Assembly: GCA_938084675.1 (NCBI GenBank) | Contig: CALKGM010000003.1 | Span: forward strand, 171-64,170 | Source of the DNA: Candidatus Poseidoniaceae archaeon | Lineage (GTDB): Archaea > Thermoplasmatota > Poseidoniia > Poseidoniales > Poseidoniaceae | Direction: 5' to 3' | Length of the DNA stretch: 64,000 nucleotides | In this document: in pieces, positions 60,001 through 64,000 of the stretch | Numbering within the stretch: the stretch's first letter is position 1 | Layout of the letters: each line of letters begins with the position of its first letter | Made by a program: the position numbers and the translations under genes | Notes under the pieces: generated by a model | Told to the model about the DNA's origin: nothing | The model's database searches: none | The model's input: only the letters and a program-made list of their open reading frames with translations

Positions 60001-61215
60001 GCCTTCACTGAACCTGGTATCCACTCAGTAACGCTCGTTGTCACCGATGAGCGTGGTGAGAGCAGTTTCCCAAGAACGATGACCGTGCGAATCATCAATC
60101 CTCTTCCGATCATTCAAGTTCGGATCCTAGACGGTTGGATTGACGACCAGAAAATCACTTCTTCAACTTCCTTCCCTGAAGGAAGTGTTCCTGATGGATG
60201 GTCTCACACCTTTAACGAGGAGAACCACGTTGTGACTGCTCCTGGAGATATGCTGTATTTTGACTCAGCAGGCACCCGTGACGGCGACCGCCGCTTTGAA
60301 GGCCGCTATGTTCCCTTTGAGGCAGCCTCGCCCGACTGGAACGGTTTGGTGCAGTACACCTGGGATTTTGGAGATGCAACGCCGCTTGAGCACGATGCAA
60401 GTCCTTGGCACGCTTACATTTTACCGGGGACCTACCATGTAACGCTCACGGTGCGGGATGCGTTTGGAACTGGAGATGTAACTCGCATGACCTTTACCGT
60501 CGTTGTGAATTCACCTCCGGAGATTTACGAAATTTTCACTCCTGAGGAAATCATCGCAGGGGATTCTTACAGTTTCAATGCAAATGTATCAAACATGCAA
60601 GAAGATATGGAACTTGAAATATATCGTGACTTGGATGTTGAAGACGGCTCAATTTACGAGCGGGATGAGCGTATTCAAACAGAACTCGTTGTTCGTTGGG
60701 ACTTTGACCTTGAAGTTGATGAAAACGAGAACGGAAATGCCGGTGACGATTGGGTAGACCCCACTGCTGGGTACAAAATCCGTGCCAGCCATTCGTGGGA
60801 GTTTACTGGTTATTATGATCTCAAAGTAGAGGTTTGCGATGGCCTTGGCCAGTGTAAATCCATGACTAAAGAGGTAGAAGTCGTGCCCGAACCGGAAGGC
60901 CCCCCCTCCCTTTCCGACTTTACAGCAGATGAATGGAAATCGTGGGTCGCCGACGCAGGTTCTGAATTGGCTACCTTCATTGGACTCATTGCAGTTGCAT
61001 TGATTCTTGGCTGGCTGGTCATGCGTGAGCCAAGTTCTCTTGAGGAAGAAGCCAAGGAAGCCGCTGAAACCTATTCGGACGTAGAAATGGTCGAGTCCCA
61101 GGGTGGACTCCTAGGGATGGACCATCACCTGCCTCCACCAGCGCCTAAAATCCTATCAAAAGATGAGCGCCGAAGCGATGACAGCGGTTACATTCGTCCA
61201 CTTCGTCGTCGTTGA
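57013..61215 (+). CDS. large surface zinc-metalloprotease-like protein (HExxH) with multiple PKD domains and a C-terminal TM anchor
   Basis: Signal peptide ALVFVALLLVTSMGPIAITAMA. ILAHELEHLLHNALDPYENLWIDEGNAD. At least four PKD signatures: YAWDFGDNVTS, WDWGDGTS, YNWTFSDGT...HSVTLVVTDERGES and YTWDFGDATP...YHVTLTVRDAFG. TM FIGLIAVALILGWLV. Confidence 0.8.
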   Translation: MSERRSTPALVFVALLLVTSMGPIAITAMADSTEDPAVSPPSQSSGEIIGDLDDFDPSEGSEYLFIHEDQPVVSATQFMRQAWVDAGRPGVDDMVVDTTSARTAGRACTPRTVGDTLTVSISGGQIDAYVAKTTNSVAFIVQSGRTLSSTVLNNLASTWDTTIYPTMTTYYGKDYQDGRGLAPPDVDNNCQVQIIIYDIDGAYNTGGYFAPSFSSSSESVFVDYADITLAWGKSILAHELEHLLHNALDPYENLWIDEGNADVAIYLCFGADSTLTGHVNAWTANPEQSVRWWNQRIADYGAGYMFTMYLAEHLGGGPAVRQLVQDSATGGQGVENLALSPQSGPVGAVGTTMSQIFANFSIAATLDSDQGIYGYPNLDLNAICSGGLFCRAQPTEINSDWSTPWSSTGNTLEGWGMRSFKFTPGGASPAPLTLRLTADVSQFNGVVVSKATSDGLWSVTDLNFNNRVATGLIPGFGNLTDEVWVITWYESTIADCDYTSCGPSYPTGTVDVEAARITSPATLSLNTTTLGDRDGDGSDDTVQIDYGVLSNAFFEDLDVEITVSDSSGALVDMTTDRIAAGGGVIVDSSVYFTAPLNGMYSFSMVMKDMLGSVVDTLQTSPQSLNNMQPVANGTLSLTDVQTWENLQFQGDGFDAWGLSLDNNTLPYLDAPIAYAWDFGDNVTSNLKSPLRSYASVGSFNATLRVMDQGGSWSETEIHPVNVTDSTDPFPVITVNNIVIEDEISLLTNQRILFSAGRTTDNVPLDYLDFHWDWGDGTSDSGLGIYSQQHEWGDIEGENITYDLILTVFDGNNNGTKIIKVNINNRLPVQIYSETMMTMTYTNLVMPDVFIDDDGTIEAYDWTFTDGVRIAPGIPQRGDDYSTVSSTLSNPIVSWDVPGNKTLMLTVTDDDGSEMTTMLNVIVLNQLPVASFEVISSSTLGSQSIDFREQDGEVDEPYTFDGRDSTDPDGTVGDSTDLIYNWTFSDGTFGERPQVTHAFTEPGIHSVTLVVTDERGESSFPRTMTVRIINPLPIIQVRILDGWIDDQKITSSTSFPEGSVPDGWSHTFNEENHVVTAPGDMLYFDSAGTRDGDRRFEGRYVPFEAASPDWNGLVQYTWDFGDATPLEHDASPWHAYILPGTYHVTLTVRDAFGTGDVTRMTFTVVVNSPPEIYEIFTPEEIIAGDSYSFNANVSNMQEDMELEIYRDLDVEDGSIYERDERIQTELVVRWDFDLEVDENENGNAGDDWVDPTAGYKIRASHSWEFTGYYDLKVEVCDGLGQCKSMTKEVEVVPEPEGPPSLSDFTADEWKSWVADAGSELATFIGLIAVALILGWLVMREPSSLEEEAKEAAETYSDVEMVESQGGLLGMDHHLPPPAPKILSKDERRSDDSGYIRPLRRR

Positions 61216-61263
61216 GCCGGCATGACCTAAAACCTCCGAGGTACAATAGAGAACGGTGAAGCA

Positions 61264-62283
61264 ATGCGAGTGAGCACATTTCTTGTTTCTCTTTTACTCC
61301 TTTTCCCCTTGATTTCAAGTGGCTCACCTCTTCAATTTGAGGCTCAGGCAGCAACCAACTGTGCGGGTGAAATTCAACCCATTGTCTGGAATGAAACCGT
61401 TGAACGTCAAGCCCTTGTCCCTTTCAACGGTTATGGCGGTTGGGAATTCGATGAGATGAGGGGTGATGGTGAAATGGCATCGGACGGACAGGAAAAAGAA
61501 TTCGGGGATGGCATTGATATGGATTTGCATCCCGAGGAAAGTTGGATGTACAATCCTATGTGGCCTCTTCCTGTTCTCGAGCCGTTGTCAACGGATCATT
61601 ACACCACACTTCTTGTTGGGAATGACAGTGCAGGAGTACTTCGTTTCAATCTTTCAAGTCAGCACAGAACAACATTTTGCATAACTCTGCAAACTGTTGT
61701 TGACAACACCTCATCCCCTGCAGTAGCGGACGTCTATCTTTTGACAACCTCACAATATGAGATGTACCAGGAATCCTATCGAAGTAACCATTTCTACTCG
61801 TGGATGGATGAAGTTGAAGAGGTATTGAGCGACCTTTCTCCAGAATGGAGGAGTTTCAATCCAGCTGGCTGGAATACGTACCGTGATGTTCATCAATACG
61901 AAAATATCGATGAAGTGACCTTTTCTGTTTCTTTGGACGGTCCTGAAGTTTATGATTCTCTTTTTGATTCAGATTCTTATCAGGACTTCTATCTGGTGAT
62001 TGATACGTGGGATAATTCCCACGACCGTGATGCTGACCCGCTTGATGAAGTCGTGGTTGCTGATGTGACCGTGATTACGGAAGAGCGAACATTTGTTCTT
62101 CCACCATGGACCGTACCATTGGTATTCTTTGCAATGATTGCGGCTCTGGTTGTTGTTCCCTTCATTCTTAACAGCAGGTACATGAATGCAGGCAATGATG
62201 GAGAGAGTGGTGCTGCTTCAATGGAAACTGTACCGATGCTTGAACAGATGCCGGTTGACAGCGTGCCGCCGCCATCGGAATAA
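61264..62283 (+). CDS. hypothetical secreted protein with a C-terminal TM anchor
   Basis: Signal peptide FLVSLLLLFPLISSGSP, an acidic sequon-bearing ectodomain, and TM VPLVFFAMIAALVVVPFIL. Confidence 0.5.
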   Translation: MRVSTFLVSLLLLFPLISSGSPLQFEAQAATNCAGEIQPIVWNETVERQALVPFNGYGGWEFDEMRGDGEMASDGQEKEFGDGIDMDLHPEESWMYNPMWPLPVLEPLSTDHYTTLLVGNDSAGVLRFNLSSQHRTTFCITLQTVVDNTSSPAVADVYLLTTSQYEMYQESYRSNHFYSWMDEVEEVLSDLSPEWRSFNPAGWNTYRDVHQYENIDEVTFSVSLDGPEVYDSLFDSDSYQDFYLVIDTWDNSHDRDADPLDEVVVADVTVITEERTFVLPPWTVPLVFFAMIAALVVVPFILNSRYMNAGNDGESGAASMETVPMLEQMPVDSVPPPSE

Positions 62284-62286
62284 GGC

Positions 62287-63084
62287 TCAGTATTCCATTA
62301 GGGTCCAAGCACTCTTGAGGTCCTTGATGTTCACAAGGCCTTTGTTTGAGAGCTTGAATTCACTGCGTAGGGTTGCATAGACCAGTGACTGTCCGAGTAC
62401 AGGTGCGTGGAGTCGAGCCCAATCTCCTCCGTTTCCTAGGGCCATCATTGAGAACTTATGCTTTGAACCACGCAGTTCATGGCATGCTTCAACGATCTGG
62501 AGAGCATCTTGGTGGTCGTTTACGGTCCCGCAGAACTTGAATATCTCGCCTTCGGTGGAATGAGTTTCAACCAGTTCAATGAGTTCAGATGCACTTGGAG
62601 TGGATTCTGTGTTGTGTATGGAGGAAACGATACCAACTTTGGCAGCGGAGGCCATATCCAAAATCTCCTTTCGTTGCCCTTCTTCAATCGATAACTCAAC
62701 ATCAATGGTGGTAACACCAGATTCAATGGCCTTCTTCATGATTGCAAGTCGTTCATCTTCGGTTCCGGGGAAGTGTCCGCCTTCATTGAGGGGGCGGACG
62801 GTGAAGATGACTGGGAGTGGGATGCTTTCTTTGAGGGATGTGATTGAATCGTCAGCATTGACCTCTGCGGCCTCAAGGACATGCCACTGGTCTTCGGGTG
62901 GTAGTACGTGTCGGATGTCCCCGTTCTCGTCCTCCACGGGCTCGTGAGCGGGTTTCTTGAGGTAAAGGCGGTCAAAGCGCACCTCGACCATATCGGCGCC
63001 AGCAATGTTTGCTCGGGCGGCTTCATCAGCCATTTCTTTGACGGTTGTTCCTTCAAGGGACACACAGATGTTAGGGCCAGTCAT
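62287..63084 (-). CDS. aroD: 3-dehydroquinate dehydratase, type I
   Basis: ICVSLEGTTVKEMADEA...GADMVEVRFDRL and the C-terminal SLVYATL... pattern of type I DHQase. Confidence 0.85.
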   Translation of the reverse strand: MTGPNICVSLEGTTVKEMADEAARANIAGADMVEVRFDRLYLKKPAHEPVEDENGDIRHVLPPEDQWHVLEAAEVNADDSITSLKESIPLPVIFTVRPLNEGGHFPGTEDERLAIMKKAIESGVTTIDVELSIEEGQRKEILDMASAAKVGIVSSIHNTESTPSASELIELVETHSTEGEIFKFCGTVNDHQDALQIVEACHELRGSKHKFSMMALGNGGDWARLHAPVLGQSLVYATLRSEFKLSNKGLVNIKDLKSAWTLMEY

Positions 63085-63425
63085 GACCTGCCCACTTGTG
63101 TCCTCTTCTTAACGCTCACGCCGCTCGCCTTCCAAGCGGGATGTATTCAATTCGGAAAGTTTGACGGATTTTGCATGTCTTTCTGAAGAATAGAATCAAT
63201 CGTGATTTCAACACCCATCCGGCGAAGTATATCGTCGTTCAATGCCATGTTTTGGAGGCACTGACAGGGGTATGTTTAAACACCGTGGAGGGAATTAGAA
63301 ATTGAATGGGGGGAAGTGAAAAAAATCATGACGAAATCGGGCCGCAGCCCACTTTTTTTCATTGAATATTTTACTCTCGTAAACTGCACAAAAACCTGCA
63401 CTCTCTTTCCCAACCGGTGATGACA

Positions 63426-64000
63426 ATGGATGACTCATATGACGCAGCAAGCATTCAGGTCCTCGAGGGCCTTGAAGCAGTACGAAAACGACCGGGCATG
63501 TACCTTGGAGACCCGCACGACGGATCCGCTCTCCACCATTGCATATGGGAAGTTGTTGACAACTCTGTTGACGAGCACCTGGCGGGGTACAACAATGTTG
63601 TCGAAGTCACCCTCAATCCGGGGGGCTCCCTTTCCGTACGAGACTATGGGCGGGGGATACCTGTGGATCTTCACGAAGAATTCGGCATTTCTGCTGCCGA
63701 AGTCATCATGACGAAACTTCACGCAGGTGGGAAATTTGACAACAGTTCCTACAAGGTTAGCGGTGGCCTTCACGGCGTGGGTGTTTCCGCTGTCAATGCT
63801 GTCTCCGAGTGGATGGAAGTGACCATTCACAGAGAGGGAACCGTTTACCGTCAACGATTTGAAGCTGGAGTCCGTGTGACTGAATTGGAAACCATAGGCA
63901 CCTGCGAGGATACAGGAACCACTATTTCATTTATGCCGGACAGTTCAATTTTCACCAACATCACTGAATTCGACTTTGACCAAATCGACACCAGGCTCAA
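63426..64000 (+). CDS. gyrB: DNA gyrase subunit B, N-terminal part (runs off the window)
   Basis: Not in the ORF track because it is open-ended. From ATG 63426: MDDSYDAASIQVLEGLEAVRKRPGMYLGD...LHHCIWEVVDNSVDE...GRGIPVD...LHAGGKF...YKVSGGLHGVGVSAVNA. Confidence 0.95.
   Translation, partial: MDDSYDAASIQVLEGLEAVRKRPGMYLGDPHDGSALHHCIWEVVDNSVDEHLAGYNNVVEVTLNPGGSLSVRDYGRGIPVDLHEEFGISAAEVIMTKLHAGGKFDNSSYKVSGGLHGVGVSAVNAVSEWMEVTIHREGTVYRQRFEAGVRVTELETIGTCEDTGTTISFMPDSSIFTNITEFDFDQIDTRL

Noticed and set aside
63109-63115. An extra TTAACGC copy upstream of aroD, considered as part of a regulon with the 35.7-kb array.
   Set aside because: A single 7-mer occurrence is expected by chance several times in 64 kb on two strands. 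Only the clustered array is statistically meaningful without a genome-wide scan.
1-64000. A search for CRISPR arrays, rRNA genes, transposases, integrases, reverse transcriptases, restriction-modification genes or known defence genes.
   Set aside because: I found no regularly spaced direct repeats and no matching protein motifs in any frame. The window reads as core chromosome.

Overview
This 64 kb window is a segment of archaeal chromosome, mostly housekeeping genes. The gene content fits a euryarchaeal lineage of the Thermoplasmatota / Marine Group II (Poseidoniales) type, but that placement is inferred from content, not computed.

Evidence for the lineage:
- A complete A1Ao ATP synthase operon, atpH-I-K-E-C-F-A-B-D.
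- Archaeal PurP and RpoK, and the cluster Dph2 / Orc1-Cdc6 / S6e / eIF2-gamma / PIN.
- smc-scpA-scpB.
- Three bacterial-type enzymes: class II HMG-CoA reductase, gyrase B and a class II nucleotidyltransferase.
- Aerobic markers ctaA, ctaB and a UbiE/MenG methyltransferase.
- Many sequon-rich surface proteins with C-terminal membrane anchors, and several peptidases.

I call about 57 protein genes and one tRNA-Ser(GCU). I found no rRNA, CRISPR array, transposase, integrase or recognisable defence system. Operon-internal genes carry GAGGTG-like Shine-Dalgarno motifs, which supports the start calls. Several track ORFs begin at TTG or GTG and were trimmed to the nearest ATG.

I cannot point to a clear-cut novel system. 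The stretches that the ordinary annotation does not explain are:
1. A dyad-symmetric array of six TAACGC half-sites in the divergent hmgA promoter. It sits beside a three-gene, ATGA-coupled operon whose first gene looks like an Orc1/Cdc6 paralogue with degenerate catalytic motifs.
2. A prepilin-like protein with a lamin-tail domain, followed by one intact and two Walker-A-degenerate KaiC/RecA-like genes.
3. A catalytically degenerate M50-like membrane protein with a large ectodomain, directly after the atp operon.
4. An ATP synthase c subunit with a signal-peptide-like extension and a Q...ES motif.
5. A bacterial-type class II CCA/poly(A)-family nucleotidyltransferase.

All family assignments come from motif recognition by eye. 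No searches were run.
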